Virus record (IMG/VR): IMGVR_UViG_3300013099_000019
Reading direction: 5' to 3' (one strand)
Length of the DNA: 64,000 nt
Source of the DNA: a virus
Lineage: Duplodnaviria; Heunggongvirae; Uroviricota; Caudoviricetes
Shown here: in pieces, positions 10,399-20,641 of the stretch
Position numbering within the stretch: the stretch's first letter is position 1
How the letters are laid out: each line of letters begins with the position of its first letter
The notes under the pieces: generated by a model
Seen by the model: only the letters and a program-made list of their open reading frames with translations
Told to the model about the DNA's origin: nothing
Database searches by the model: none
Program-made: the position numbers and the translations under genes

Positions 10399-11141
10399 TG
10401 AAAGATATTATAGATACATCAAATTGTTATGTTTTAGGGGATATACATGGAGAATGGAAACATTTAAATACTTTTATTAATAAAAAACAACCAACTACAA
10501 TACTTCAAGTAGGAGATTTAGGCTTCTGGCCAGCTTTTCATAATAAAACTACTTTAGGTGATAGAGTAATGACTTCTAGTGGTATTATAAAAAAGAAATG
10601 GTACCAAGATGGAATGAAAATGGGAAGTACAAATCTTTATTGGTGTGACGGTAATCATGAAGATCATTGGGCACTTAGGGAAATTGTTGATAAGAATCCT
10701 GATGATATAATGTATGAAGTGTGTCCTAAAATATTTTATCTGAAAAGAGGAAGTATTGTAGGGACTACTGACGGAAGAAATATACTATTTATGGGAGGTG
10801 CTACATCTATTGATAAAAATTCTAGGACTTTGGGGTTTGACTGGTTTCCAGGAGAAGTGATTACTCAAAATGATATTTATAACCTTGAAGATAAAAAAGT
10901 TGATATAGTTATTTCACATACTTGTCCAAGAGAATTTTTGCCTGAAGTACTTAAGTCTGACTTAAGAAAATATAATGATTCTTGTTATGATGCTTTATCT
11001 TATATTTTACAAAAGTATAATCCTAAATTATGGTATTTTGGTCATTTTCATCATAATATTTCTGGCTTTTATAATAATACAAGTTGGTTCTGTTTAAATA
11101 TGGCAAAACACAGTGGATGGTTTGAAAAATTATTAAAATAA
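10386..11141 (+). CDS. Ser/Thr phosphatase-like metallophosphoesterase
   Basis: Carries GDIHG, VGDLGFW and DGNHEDH, matching the lambda-phosphatase-type GDxHG/GDxxDRG/GNHE motifs. Confidence 0.65.
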   Translation: MVLLMKDIIDTSNCYVLGDIHGEWKHLNTFINKKQPTTILQVGDLGFWPAFHNKTTLGDRVMTSSGIIKKKWYQDGMKMGSTNLYWCDGNHEDHWALREIVDKNPDDIMYEVCPKIFYLKRGSIVGTTDGRNILFMGGATSIDKNSRTLGFDWFPGEVITQNDIYNLEDKKVDIVISHTCPREFLPEVLKSDLRKYNDSCYDALSYILQKYNPKLWYFGHFHHNISGFYNNTSWFCLNMAKHSGWFEKLLK

Positions 11142-11151
11142 AGGTATTAAA

Positions 11152-11622
11152 ATGTTAAAAGAAGAATTTTATAAAATAAAATTAGGTGCTACAGTAGTAT
11201 GTTTTAAAGAAGAATGGGATATGAATTTTGGTTGGGAAGATGACATGTCTGACATGTTAGGTATAAACTTAATAGTTTTAGATATAGTTAAAACTCCTGA
11301 TAATTTGTTAGGTCTTACTCTTGAACATCCAGATACAGGTAGTAGATTTACTTTTGATTACAGAATACTAAATGTTATTGAAGAAAAAAAATACGGCCCT
11401 TTTATAGTTAATGGCTTTAAATATCAACAAAAAATAAAACTATCCTTTTCTAATTTATCTAATCACACTTTAGATCCTGATTTTGAGATTTTAAAAAAAA
11501 TGTATAAAAATGAAACACATGTAGTAATTAATAAGAATATTTATTTACAGATAAAAAAAGAGTGTCCAAGAATAATAGGTGTATTACTTGGTAATAATTT
11601 TTTAATCAAAACTAAGAATTGA
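11152..11622 (+). CDS. hypothetical protein
   Basis: 156-aa ORF. Confidence 0.45.
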   Translation: MLKEEFYKIKLGATVVCFKEEWDMNFGWEDDMSDMLGINLIVLDIVKTPDNLLGLTLEHPDTGSRFTFDYRILNVIEEKKYGPFIVNGFKYQQKIKLSFSNLSNHTLDPDFEILKKMYKNETHVVINKNIYLQIKKECPRIIGVLLGNNFLIKTKN

Positions 11623-11632
11623 GTGATTTAAC

Positions 11633-12430
11633 ATGGAAATTATAAAAGAAACAGAAAAAATTTTGAACCACAGTTGGGAACATGGGCATCATGAAGTAAC
11701 TTGGAGACTACATACATCTAAAAATAAAATTAGAGTTACAGATAGACTTGATATACGAAATATGAATACAGGTAAGTATCATAGTTCTATTTGTTATTCA
11801 GGTCTTAAACACCCTATAACTGCTAAATTTTATTCACATTTGACCACAGTTATACCTATAGATGAAAAAACTAGAAAAGTTTTAACTAAAAAAGAAATGA
11901 TTGATTGGTTAATACTTTCAAAAAAACATAAAATGTTACCCCATTATGTAGCTCCTACAAAAATTGTAACTAAAAAAGATTTAAATGTTACGTTTAAGTT
12001 AAGATCTGTAGTAAATATGCAACAATTGTATGTTTATTTAGCCACTGTTCGTTATACTAAAGAAGATCCTGGTTTTGTTAAAATCATGTTACATCTTGTA
12101 AATAATTTAAAAATGGACTATTTTTTAGCTATATGTGTCAGTACTTACCATGCCGCCCCACAAAAAGGTCATAACATACTTCCTATGAGTGCTGGTTACC
12201 CAGTGTCTGAAAAAGTAGATATTCATAAGTACGATGTTACATTAGCAAAAGCTCTTAAACTTTTTATAAATAATCCAAAAAAATATAATAAATATAAAAT
12301 ATTACAAGATGACTCTTGGAATATGCATGGCATGCTTGAAAATATTAAAGTAGGAGATAGGCTAACTTTAGCATTTAAAGAGCTTGATAATAAAAATATT
12401 AAAAAACACCTTACTGTCGAGGAAAAATAA
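11633..12430 (+). CDS. hypothetical protein; paralog of 5003-5803
   Basis: Shares the block LYVYLATVRY...DYFLA with the ORF at 5003 and has a similar length (265 vs 266 aa). Confidence 0.5.
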   Translation: MEIIKETEKILNHSWEHGHHEVTWRLHTSKNKIRVTDRLDIRNMNTGKYHSSICYSGLKHPITAKFYSHLTTVIPIDEKTRKVLTKKEMIDWLILSKKHKMLPHYVAPTKIVTKKDLNVTFKLRSVVNMQQLYVYLATVRYTKEDPGFVKIMLHLVNNLKMDYFLAICVSTYHAAPQKGHNILPMSAGYPVSEKVDIHKYDVTLAKALKLFINNPKKYNKYKILQDDSWNMHGMLENIKVGDRLTLAFKELDNKNIKKHLTVEEK

Positions 12431-12627
12431 TGGTAGAAGATACTCAATACGACAAAAAAATGAAATATAAAAATAAAGATGGTGAAAAAAAAGCCAGGCC
12501 TATTAAATTTAGTAAAAAAAATAAGCAACGAATAAAAATTGGACTGAATAATACAGATTTTAGCAGTTTACATGGGTCTCTCAAAGATATTGATAATGTA
12601 GATGATTTTTATTGGGATGAGGACTAA
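12430..12627 (+). CDS. hypothetical basic protein
   Basis: 65-aa Lys-rich ORF. Confidence 0.3.
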   Translation: MVEDTQYDKKMKYKNKDGEKKARPIKFSKKNKQRIKIGLNNTDFSSLHGSLKDIDNVDDFYWDED

Positions 12628-12628
12628 A

Positions 12629-13012
12629 ATGAAACAAATATTTATATTTGAATCTGCTTATCAAGATTTTAAACGTGAAATTGCTCTTCAGAGACAGAAT
12701 GGTTTTGCACATGTAACTGGCTCTACCTATATAAAATCAATAGAAACAGGTGCACCTGAAAAAAATAAAACTGCTGAATTAAATGATGTTTTAGAGTTTT
12801 ATTCTGTAAATTTGCATAATAATTATGGTGAGGAAAAATTAACTGTGCAAAATGATCCTGACAATTTTTATAATTTAGTTACTGAGTATTTAGAAAAAGA
12901 ATTTGAGGTAACCACAGGTTCTATATATATTGAAACTATTAAATTGGATGGATATTCAGATATTAAAAGATGCTATGCTACTTGGTTTTGTTGTGTGATG
13001 TATAAAAATTAA
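12629..13012 (+). CDS. hypothetical protein
   Basis: Internal ATG (MKQIFIF) chosen as the start to avoid overlapping the upstream gene. Confidence 0.4.
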   Translation: MKQIFIFESAYQDFKREIALQRQNGFAHVTGSTYIKSIETGAPEKNKTAELNDVLEFYSVNLHNNYGEEKLTVQNDPDNFYNLVTEYLEKEFEVTTGSIYIETIKLDGYSDIKRCYATWFCCVMYKN

Positions 13013-13061
13013 AATAATCTACCTTTATTATAATAGAGACTAAATTATAATGGAGGTAGTT

Positions 13062-13412
13062 ATGCATGCAACAGATAAATTAAGTTTGATGGCAGAACTC
13101 AGTAATGAAAATTGTAAATTAAGTCATGGTCCAGGTATTGATACTTCTAAAATACCAGCCATAAATTGGTTAATCATTCCACTCGGAGATTTAAAAACAC
13201 AAAAAGAAACAGACAAATTTGCTGTACCTATTTGTCAAGAATGTCAAGACGGAATAGAAGATACTAATTGGGTACTTCTTTACTGTATAGATTGTTTAAA
13301 ATCACAATGGGTGTATAAACCAGCATCAAAAATAAAATATGCTAAAAATATAGTATTAATTTCAGGCTGTCCAAAATGTAGTCGTAAGGCTGGCTCTGTT
13401 TTTTTAATATGA
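13062..13412 (+). CDS. Cys-rich (zinc-ribbon-like) protein
   Basis: Two CxxC pairs (CQEC...CIDC...CPKC). GGAGG RBS lies before the ATG at 13062. Confidence 0.45.
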   Translation: MHATDKLSLMAELSNENCKLSHGPGIDTSKIPAINWLIIPLGDLKTQKETDKFAVPICQECQDGIEDTNWVLLYCIDCLKSQWVYKPASKIKYAKNIVLISGCPKCSRKAGSVFLI

Positions 13413-13423
13413 CGAGGAATTAA

Positions 13424-13858
13424 ATGTTTAAGTGTTTAACAGATTTTGAAAAAGAGTATATGTTTAAAAATACAGCTATACGAATTTCAAAAAGAAATCC
13501 TAATGATAAAGCACGTTTATGGTTATCTGTTTATGATAAAGAAGATGTCAATAAAATTACTCATAATATATTATCATTTACAAGGTCCAGTAACTCTGAT
13601 GCTGTAGTAGTTTCTAGTTTAAAAAAAGCAGATTCTGGCATATCAGATATAAAAGATATATATGTAGCTATATGTGAGCAGGCTATAGAAAGATTTACAA
13701 AACTTGCTATGTTAAAAAAAGTAAGCAGACTTACTATTTTTACAGTAGACCCTTTTATTCAAGAAATAATGTTAGAAAAAGGTTTTTGTCTATCAAAAAC
13801 AGATAGTAATAATATAAATGAACAAAGTATTGTGGGTACTTTAACTATCAAGAATTAA
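13424..13858 (+). CDS. hypothetical protein
   Basis: 144-aa ORF. Confidence 0.45.
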   Translation: MFKCLTDFEKEYMFKNTAIRISKRNPNDKARLWLSVYDKEDVNKITHNILSFTRSSNSDAVVVSSLKKADSGISDIKDIYVAICEQAIERFTKLAMLKKVSRLTIFTVDPFIQEIMLEKGFCLSKTDSNNINEQSIVGTLTIKN

Positions 13859-13870
13859 GTAGGTAATAAA

Positions 13871-15526
13871 ATGCAAAAAATTAAAAAATTTAAAGTTTAC
13901 GATAAAGTACAATCTTTAAATGAAATTTATCAACAATCAGGCATGCGTTTTGCTTTAATGTCTGCTCCAAAAGATGGTAATTTACAAAGCTGTCCTTGGG
14001 TTAAGTGTCGTGATTATTTACATGATGCTTTTAGAGCTTTTATACATAAAAATTCATGTAAAATTTATGGTTTTAGTTATAATTATGAAACTGATCCTCC
14101 AATTGATACAAGACGTATTAGACTTTTAGTTAAAAATGAAAGTATTGAACTTAAAGACTTAGCTTTAGACGTTATACATGGAGTACGTCTTATAAATCAT
14201 TATGAAAATATTGCAGGTATTAAATTAAGAACAAAAAAGTATGAAGTTAATCCTGGAATTTGGGTAATTAATGGTCCTAATTTTTGGTTTAAATCTCCTG
14301 TATTAACCACTATGTTCACTTTCTTACTTCGTTTAGGTGAATTACGTATAAAATTTAAAGATACTTATGATTTAGAATTACAATTGAAAAAACATGCTGA
14401 TCCTGAAGGTAATAATGATGCTAAGTATCTAAAAGATACTTGGAATAAAATGTCTTTAATAGCGCAATACTACGATGAAATATTTCTAAATGGTAAACGT
14501 TATGAAAAATGTATTAGACAAAAGAAAAATGATATTACTGTATATGATTACCATAATTACATGGGTATAGTATCTTTATGTAAAAATAATTATAAATACG
14601 CACCTTCTTCAGTTAATTTTCAAAAACTTGTAAAAAAACATTTAAAAATACAAGAAAAAGAATTACCTGAAAAAATTGAACCTCTAGTTGAAAAAGTAAA
14701 ACCTAAGCCAAAAAAATTACTTAGAGTAGTTACACAATACAGTGTGCCAATATATAATAATTATGACGCTTCTTCTTTTGAAGCTTCTATCGTGTCTTCT
14801 GCCAAAGAAGGTAGGCGTCAATGTTTTTCTTTTACACAATGTAGAGAACATATGATAGCTTCTATTCGAGCTGGTTTATCTGATAATTGCGACAAAAAAA
14901 TTGCTTTTGCCTATAGAAAGGGTAATACTGCAAAAATAGATACTACAAAAACAAGACTTGTAGTACAAGTTGTTGGAGTTAATGAAGGCAAAGGAAAGTT
15001 GCATAAAGCTTGGCAAGAATTGTTTTTTGCTAAAAGAGTTTTAAATGCTTACGAACATGCATACGGTTTAGAAAAAAGTACAATTTCCACTGTAAAACTT
15101 AAACATCCAGAAGATTTAAGCACTGCTTGGTTATTTACAAGTTCTGCAGAGTGGATGGCAAATCCAGTAATGTTTAGCATATATGTACTTATTATTAGAG
15201 CTGCAAAAAATGCTGCTGCAACTATTGGGACTATAGATGCTATTTCTCCTATTAAACTTGGAAAATATTGGGAGAAATTTTATAATTATATTAAAGATGA
15301 TTCACATCAAAATGTATACATACATAAAAAACATAAGTCTATATGTAATGTTATAAATCTACGTAAAGATTTATTCATCAAAACTCCTGAACAAGCTTTC
15401 TTTGCTGATAATGGGGATCAAGATATAGATTTTTATAAAAAAGTAGGAATTACCTCTTTACTTGATAAAAAACATATGGATAAAGACTTAATAAATAAAG
15501 CAAAAAAACTTAATATACTACAATAA
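13871..15526 (+). CDS. hypothetical protein (551 aa)
   Basis: Long ORF with no motif I recognise. Confidence 0.55.
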   Translation: MQKIKKFKVYDKVQSLNEIYQQSGMRFALMSAPKDGNLQSCPWVKCRDYLHDAFRAFIHKNSCKIYGFSYNYETDPPIDTRRIRLLVKNESIELKDLALDVIHGVRLINHYENIAGIKLRTKKYEVNPGIWVINGPNFWFKSPVLTTMFTFLLRLGELRIKFKDTYDLELQLKKHADPEGNNDAKYLKDTWNKMSLIAQYYDEIFLNGKRYEKCIRQKKNDITVYDYHNYMGIVSLCKNNYKYAPSSVNFQKLVKKHLKIQEKELPEKIEPLVEKVKPKPKKLLRVVTQYSVPIYNNYDASSFEASIVSSAKEGRRQCFSFTQCREHMIASIRAGLSDNCDKKIAFAYRKGNTAKIDTTKTRLVVQVVGVNEGKGKLHKAWQELFFAKRVLNAYEHAYGLEKSTISTVKLKHPEDLSTAWLFTSSAEWMANPVMFSIYVLIIRAAKNAAATIGTIDAISPIKLGKYWEKFYNYIKDDSHQNVYIHKKHKSICNVINLRKDLFIKTPEQAFFADNGDQDIDFYKKVGITSLLDKKHMDKDLINKAKKLNILQ

Positions 15527-15565
15527 GTATACTTTCGGAAAAGAAGAAAATAGTTAGAGTTCTTG

Positions 15566-15598
15566 GGGATGATTGTTTAAATGATTATCCTTTTTTTT
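15566..15598 (+). terminator. putative rho-independent terminator
   Basis: Imperfect hairpin ggatgattg...tgattatcc followed by T8, directly after the 551-aa gene. Confidence 0.4.
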
Positions 15599-15623
15599 AT
15601 TAAATTTTTAGGAGAATTAACAA

Positions 15624-16511
15624 ATGAGTATTGGAACAGATCCCGAGTTCTTTATTAAAGATAAAGAAACTGGCAAATTTTTAAATGCCGAAACAATGTT
15701 CCCAGGCACAAAAGAGGAACCATTTATTATGAAAAGTGGTGCCGGTCTTCAAACAGACAATGTATGTGTAGAATTTGCAAGTCCTGTTGCAGAAGATGGA
15801 AAAGACATGGTTAATAAGTTAAAAGCTGTATTTGGAGAACTTATGTCTATGTTGCCTGAAGGTACAGATATTGATGTATCACCATCGGCAAATTTTGATA
15901 AAGATCAACTTCAATCAGATCAAGCTCAATTGTTTGGTTGTTCTACTTCTTATGATGCTTGGGAATTAAAAGCTAATGATCCTGCTGACGCCTCAACTAC
16001 TAATCTTAGAAGTTGTGGCGGACATATCCACATAGGCAAAAATGAAGATGATGGTAATGATTTTCTTTATGATCCATATGGAAAAGTTGATGTTGTAAAA
16101 ATGTGTGACACTTTCCATGGTATTATAAGTGTTATTCTTGATAACTCCGAAGCTTCTGTGGAAAGACGTAAAATTTATGGAAAAGCAGGAGATCATAGAG
16201 GAACTCCTTATGGTGTTGAGTATAGAACGTTAAGTTCCTTTTGGTTGAAATCACCAAGTCTTGTAATGCTTATTGCAAGTCTTACACAAAATATTCTTGG
16301 TATTATTAGAGAAAACAAGAATGAGGCAATTATTAAAACTATCGGTGCTGCTAAGATTCAAAACACTATCAACACAGGAGATGTAAAAGTTGCAAAAGAA
16401 ATTTTAGATAATTTTTTGATGGAACATTTATCTGAAGATTCTAAGTATTACTTAGCAGAATGTATGAAAATTGAGTATGATTTTAAAAAAGAATGGTCTT
16501 TATCTGTATAA
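15624..16511 (+). CDS. GCS2 / glutamine-synthetase-like amidoligase, paralog 1
   Basis: N-terminal GTDPEFF (the GS/GCS2 G.[DE]PE[FL]F motif) and a downstream CGGHIHIG (HxH metal site). It has three paralogs in this window. Confidence 0.55.
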   Translation: MSIGTDPEFFIKDKETGKFLNAETMFPGTKEEPFIMKSGAGLQTDNVCVEFASPVAEDGKDMVNKLKAVFGELMSMLPEGTDIDVSPSANFDKDQLQSDQAQLFGCSTSYDAWELKANDPADASTTNLRSCGGHIHIGKNEDDGNDFLYDPYGKVDVVKMCDTFHGIISVILDNSEASVERRKIYGKAGDHRGTPYGVEYRTLSSFWLKSPSLVMLIASLTQNILGIIRENKNEAIIKTIGAAKIQNTINTGDVKVAKEILDNFLMEHLSEDSKYYLAECMKIEYDFKKEWSLSV

Positions 16512-16545
16512 ATAAAATTAAATGTATTAAGAGAGGAATATTTAA

Positions 16546-17298
16546 ATGAAAATCGGAATTCCAGTAGCAAAAAGTAAAACTCAAGTATTTATTAATCAGG
16601 CTTATGTTAATTTTGTTAGTGAGTCAGGCTTTGATCCAATACTTATCAATGACTATAATGACATCACTTTTATGGCGCAAATTTGTGATGGTTTGCTTTT
16701 GCCTGGTGGTATTGATCTTGAACCTACTTTTTATGGAGAAGATAATGTAGGAAGTATAGGCTCTGATCCTGAACGTGATGATTTTGAACGTCAGGTTCTT
16801 CAAGCTTTTATCCTCGCTGGAAAAAAAGTATTTGGTATTTGTAGAGGCTTCCAATTAATGGTAAGAGAGTTTATTATTGGTCATGAAATAAAATGTGCAG
16901 TATTTCATCAACATGTTAGTAATCACTCTCTAGCTAGTGATAGAAATGCTAAAAGAAGTACTCCTACACATAGTGTTTACGCAAACATGCAAGAATTGTA
17001 TGGAGAAAAAAATCATACAGATATGTTTGTAAATAGTATGCATCATCAAGCACTTATTGCTACAAAAGTACTTAATATTGAATTTAAAAATGGAAATACA
17101 ATTAAAGAAACTGCCCAAACTATTTTTGGTCTTAAGACTAAAAATGTAAAGGAACATATTGTAGAAGCAGTAGATATTACTATAAATGGTTGTAAATTAA
17201 GAGGAGTTCAGTGGCATCCAGAAGAGCTTAATGATGTTAAATTACTGCAAACATTTTTTGCAGAAAATAATAAGGTTTTACAACATGGAAAAGGCTGA
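16546..17298 (+). CDS. class-I glutamine amidotransferase / peptidase C26 (gamma-glutamyl hydrolase-like)
   Basis: Catalytic GICRGFQLM (nucleophile Cys), then HHQAL and GVQWHPE, in the PuuD/C26 arrangement. Confidence 0.7.
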   Translation: MKIGIPVAKSKTQVFINQAYVNFVSESGFDPILINDYNDITFMAQICDGLLLPGGIDLEPTFYGEDNVGSIGSDPERDDFERQVLQAFILAGKKVFGICRGFQLMVREFIIGHEIKCAVFHQHVSNHSLASDRNAKRSTPTHSVYANMQELYGEKNHTDMFVNSMHHQALIATKVLNIEFKNGNTIKETAQTIFGLKTKNVKEHIVEAVDITINGCKLRGVQWHPEELNDVKLLQTFFAENNKVLQHGKG

Positions 17299-17533
17299 TA
17301 CAAAAAAAGCAAAATGGTTAAGTACCGTAACTTTTACTAATGGTGTTGCTATAAAACAGCATATTTTTTCAAAAGATATAGCTAATTTTATAAAGACTAG
17401 CAAAATAACATTACATTTAGAACTTGATAAAATACACTCTTATGTATTTCCTTATTTATTAAATGAAGCTAAAAAACAAATCTATGAAGTAAAAAAAATA
17501 GAGGTAACAATTTTAGACAATGAAAACAAATAA
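17295..17533 (+). CDS. hypothetical protein
   Basis: Internal start MEKADTKK chosen; the ORF overlaps the upstream stop. Confidence 0.35.
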
Positions 17534-17909
17534 ATTTTTTGTGTACGGTACTTTAAAAGTTGGAGGTCGTTTTGCAACCAAATTTGATGGTCATAGAACT
17601 TCTGTAAAAAAAGCTACTGCAAACGGCTCCATGTATTCTGTAGGTAATGGTAATTTTCCAGCAGTAATGTTCAATACTAACAATAAAATTTTTGGAGAAA
17701 TACACGAATATAAAAATGAAGAAGAAATACAGAAAGCTTTTAACCGTATAGAAGGTTTTTATGGTGAAGGTGACTCTGACAATTTATATAATATATTAAA
17801 AATAAAAGTAAAAGATACTGATGGAAATACTGTAGAGTGTTTAACTTATGAGTTTAATCATAGTGTAGATTGTCTACCAAAAATAGACTCAGGTATCTGG
17901 GAGATTTAA
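17520..17909 (+). CDS. AIG2-like gamma-glutamyl cyclotransferase
   Basis: N-terminal FFVYGTLKVGG is the AIG2/GGCT YGTL signature. Length is 129 aa. Confidence 0.6.
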   Translation: MKTNKFFVYGTLKVGGRFATKFDGHRTSVKKATANGSMYSVGNGNFPAVMFNTNNKIFGEIHEYKNEEEIQKAFNRIEGFYGEGDSDNLYNILKIKVKDTDGNTVECLTYEFNHSVDCLPKIDSGIWEI

Positions 17910-17912
17910 ATA

Positions 17913-18206
17913 ATGGAAATTATAAGTCTTGTAAGACAAAGTAATGATGTAGCACCTGAAACTTTTATTGTAGGTCAAAGTCCTATGAAAAATATTCAGG
18001 ATATGGGAGGACCTAAAATTTCTAAAATTAAATATTGGGCTATAAGTACTGTATATGATAAAGTATTTAGAGGTCCTGTATATGTAATAGAATTTAAAGA
18101 CTCTACCATAAAAAGAGTAATTCCTGCAGATTCTGGCATAATTGATATTGCTGTAGAGACTGCTATAAAACAAAAAGAAGCTGAGCTTCCAAATTTACCG
18201 GAGTAA
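17913..18206 (+). CDS. hypothetical protein
   Basis: 97-aa ORF. Confidence 0.4.
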   Translation: MEIISLVRQSNDVAPETFIVGQSPMKNIQDMGGPKISKIKYWAISTVYDKVFRGPVYVIEFKDSTIKRVIPADSGIIDIAVETAIKQKEAELPNLPE

Positions 18207-18208
18207 AA

Positions 18209-18910
18209 ATGAAAAAGAAAATTCTTGTAGTAAATGGTAATTATTATGTAAATGCTATTACAGCACTTGGAAATAAAGAAGATTTTGTATTTGATATTGA
18301 TATATTTATGCAAAATCCAAAAGATTTTAAACTTGTAATGTTTACTGGTGGAGCAGATGTAAGTCCTAGTTTGTATAACCATACAAGTCCTAAAGGTTTG
18401 TGTGGTACAAATGCTGCTAGAGATGCAGAAGAAGTACCTATCTATGAAATTGCCCTTAATTTAGGCATTCCCATGACAGGTATTTGTCGTGGTAGTCAGC
18501 TCTTAAATGTACTTAGTGGTGGTACCATGATTCATCATCTTGATAGTCATGGAATTGGTGGAGAACATGGTGCTATGTCAAACACCTCTAAAGAAGCATT
18601 TAACGTAACATCTACACACCATCAAATGAGTATTCCGGGGGAAAAAGGGTACGTAGTTGCATGGGCTTCTCCTAAACGTGCAACAATGTATGTAGGAGAC
18701 AAAGATAAACCTTACGCCTATTCTGGACCAGAAGTAGAAGCTATTTACTATCCAGAACATAAGGTATTTGCTGTACAATACCACCCAGAATATATGAATA
18801 AAGATAGTGCAGGTTATAAATGGTATGAGCAAGGTGTAAAAGACTTGCTTGAACTTTCTACTGAAGATTTTACAAAAAAGTATGTCTCTACACAAGTAGC
18901 AACTGTTTAA
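18209..18910 (+). CDS. class-I glutamine amidotransferase / peptidase C26, paralog 2
   Basis: GICRGSQLLNV, HHQMS and VQYHPE form the same catalytic triad arrangement as the ORF at 16546. Confidence 0.7.
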   Translation: MKKKILVVNGNYYVNAITALGNKEDFVFDIDIFMQNPKDFKLVMFTGGADVSPSLYNHTSPKGLCGTNAARDAEEVPIYEIALNLGIPMTGICRGSQLLNVLSGGTMIHHLDSHGIGGEHGAMSNTSKEAFNVTSTHHQMSIPGEKGYVVAWASPKRATMYVGDKDKPYAYSGPEVEAIYYPEHKVFAVQYHPEYMNKDSAGYKWYEQGVKDLLELSTEDFTKKYVSTQVATV

Positions 18911-18954
18911 ATCTTTTAGGGATTTTTGGGGTAGAGGTACTGTTTAATGACAAT

Positions 18955-18985
18955 TAATAAGTGCTCTTATGTAAATGTAAGGGCA
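18955..18985 (+). other. 11-bp near-perfect hairpin (aagtgctctta...taagggcactt) in intergenic region
   Basis: Inverted repeat with one mismatch and no trailing T-run. Confidence 0.4.
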
Positions 18986-18999
18986 CTTAAAGGTATGAT

Positions 19000-19518
19000 A
19001 TGACACTATTAGAAGAAGAAATTGGGAAAGAAGTTTATATAGGAGGTAGTAATGTAGACAACTTTACACCAATGTCAGTATTTATTGAAAAAAGTTTATT
19101 TGCTTTTAAAAATAAAATAGAAAAAATAGAAGTAGATATAACTGAAGAACTTATAGCAGCTCATGGTATTTTAACTACTGCTTTGAGTATTCCAAATAGT
19201 ATACCAGAAGATACTTCAATATTTATAATTCTTCCTGATGCAGATGAAGAAAGTAATAGTTATATTTTAGAAGTAGAATCTATATACCTATTACAAAAAA
19301 TTGTCGAAGCTTTAGTGGATAAACATGTAACCGAAAAAGATGCAGAAAATGTATCTGACTATATTTTAAATTTAAAAAATCAAAATATAGAAGATATTTT
19401 TATACTTTACGGTTATAACATAACACTATCCTATAGAATTATGGATACAACTTTAGAACAGTTAGTAAAAGAAAAAAATCATGCTTGTTTACAAAGTATT
19501 GTAAGGAGTCAAATATGA
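19000..19518 (+). CDS. hypothetical acidic protein
   Basis: 172-aa ORF. Confidence 0.45.
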   Translation: MTLLEEEIGKEVYIGGSNVDNFTPMSVFIEKSLFAFKNKIEKIEVDITEELIAAHGILTTALSIPNSIPEDTSIFIILPDADEESNSYILEVESIYLLQKIVEALVDKHVTEKDAENVSDYILNLKNQNIEDIFILYGYNITLSYRIMDTTLEQLVKEKNHACLQSIVRSQI

Positions 19519-19871
19519 AAAAGGTAGAGCTTACCTATTATTTAGAAAAAACAAAAACATATCAGGGCAGACTACTTGGACTTATAGATAAAGAACAATT
19601 TGCACATATTTATAATAGAGCTTCAGATGTTACTAGTAAAGTAAGTACTTGTCGAACAATAAATTTAACAGAGCTTAATAAAGCTAGTTATTTAAATAGA
19701 AGAATTGTTATGGCTGTTAAAAGTAAAAAAAACTCTGGTTTATTTATTTCAAGACCTTTAGCTGAAATTTATAACTGTATCATGACTCAAGAAGGTACAG
19801 AAAATAAAGAAGTAGAAAGTATAAGTTTTCTTGATAATGAAGATAATTGGTTAACTTTAGAATTAGTATAG
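19515..19871 (+). CDS. hypothetical protein
   Basis: Start set at the ATGA overlap (MKKVELTYY). Confidence 0.4.
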   Translation: MKKVELTYYLEKTKTYQGRLLGLIDKEQFAHIYNRASDVTSKVSTCRTINLTELNKASYLNRRIVMAVKSKKNSGLFISRPLAEIYNCIMTQEGTENKEVESISFLDNEDNWLTLELV

Positions 19872-19878
19872 GTACTAT

Positions 19879-20634
19879 ATGATTTATACAAATTTTCTTC
19901 CTGGTTATGAATTTAAAGTAAGAGATGACTTTCCTATAAAAAATTATGGTGCCTTACTTCCAAATTCAAAAGGGTTTGTAGCTTATTCTAACAACATGTT
20001 TGGTTTTAATACAGGAAATATATCAAGTAAAAATAAATTGGTATTAACCAGAAAAGGCAAAAAAGGAAAAGATAGACTTGAAATTATATCTTTAACCTCG
20101 CCTATTATATATGACGATGCATTTGCAAAAGAAGAACCGGAAATTTTTAAAAAAGTATACAAACAAAATACAGTTTTAAAAACAAATATTATTGTAACAA
20201 ATATTTTAGAAATGTCTAATTTATCTTTTATAGCTTGGTGTACAGCTTATAGATTATTTATTATTAACAGTTTTAATGCAAGTAATTATAATTTAAAAAG
20301 GTTACCAAAAAAAGAAAGTCATGCTTTTAATAAAATTAAAAATATTGGACATATTTTTAATATCGATCGTACAGCAGCTATATTACAAGTATCTGAAAAA
20401 ATTCAAAGACGTATTATTGTACAAGGATTAAGAGAAGTAGAAAGATTACTTTTTAATCATTTTATAAAAAATTTATTAGCAATTTCTTTTATGGATGAAC
20501 GGCCTGTGTTAAATTTATTAAATTATTATAAGCATGTAAGTGCATCAAAAAAAGCAATAAAAGAAGTAGAAATTTTAAAAAATATTATAGTTAAAGATGG
20601 TTTAAAAGCAATTGAAAAACACATAGACTTTTGA
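19879..20634 (+). CDS. hypothetical protein
   Basis: 251-aa ORF. Confidence 0.5.
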   Translation: MIYTNFLPGYEFKVRDDFPIKNYGALLPNSKGFVAYSNNMFGFNTGNISSKNKLVLTRKGKKGKDRLEIISLTSPIIYDDAFAKEEPEIFKKVYKQNTVLKTNIIVTNILEMSNLSFIAWCTAYRLFIINSFNASNYNLKRLPKKESHAFNKIKNIGHIFNIDRTAAILQVSEKIQRRIIVQGLREVERLLFNHFIKNLLAISFMDERPVLNLLNYYKHVSASKKAIKEVEILKNIIVKDGLKAIEKHIDF

Positions 20635-20641
20635 GGCAAAA

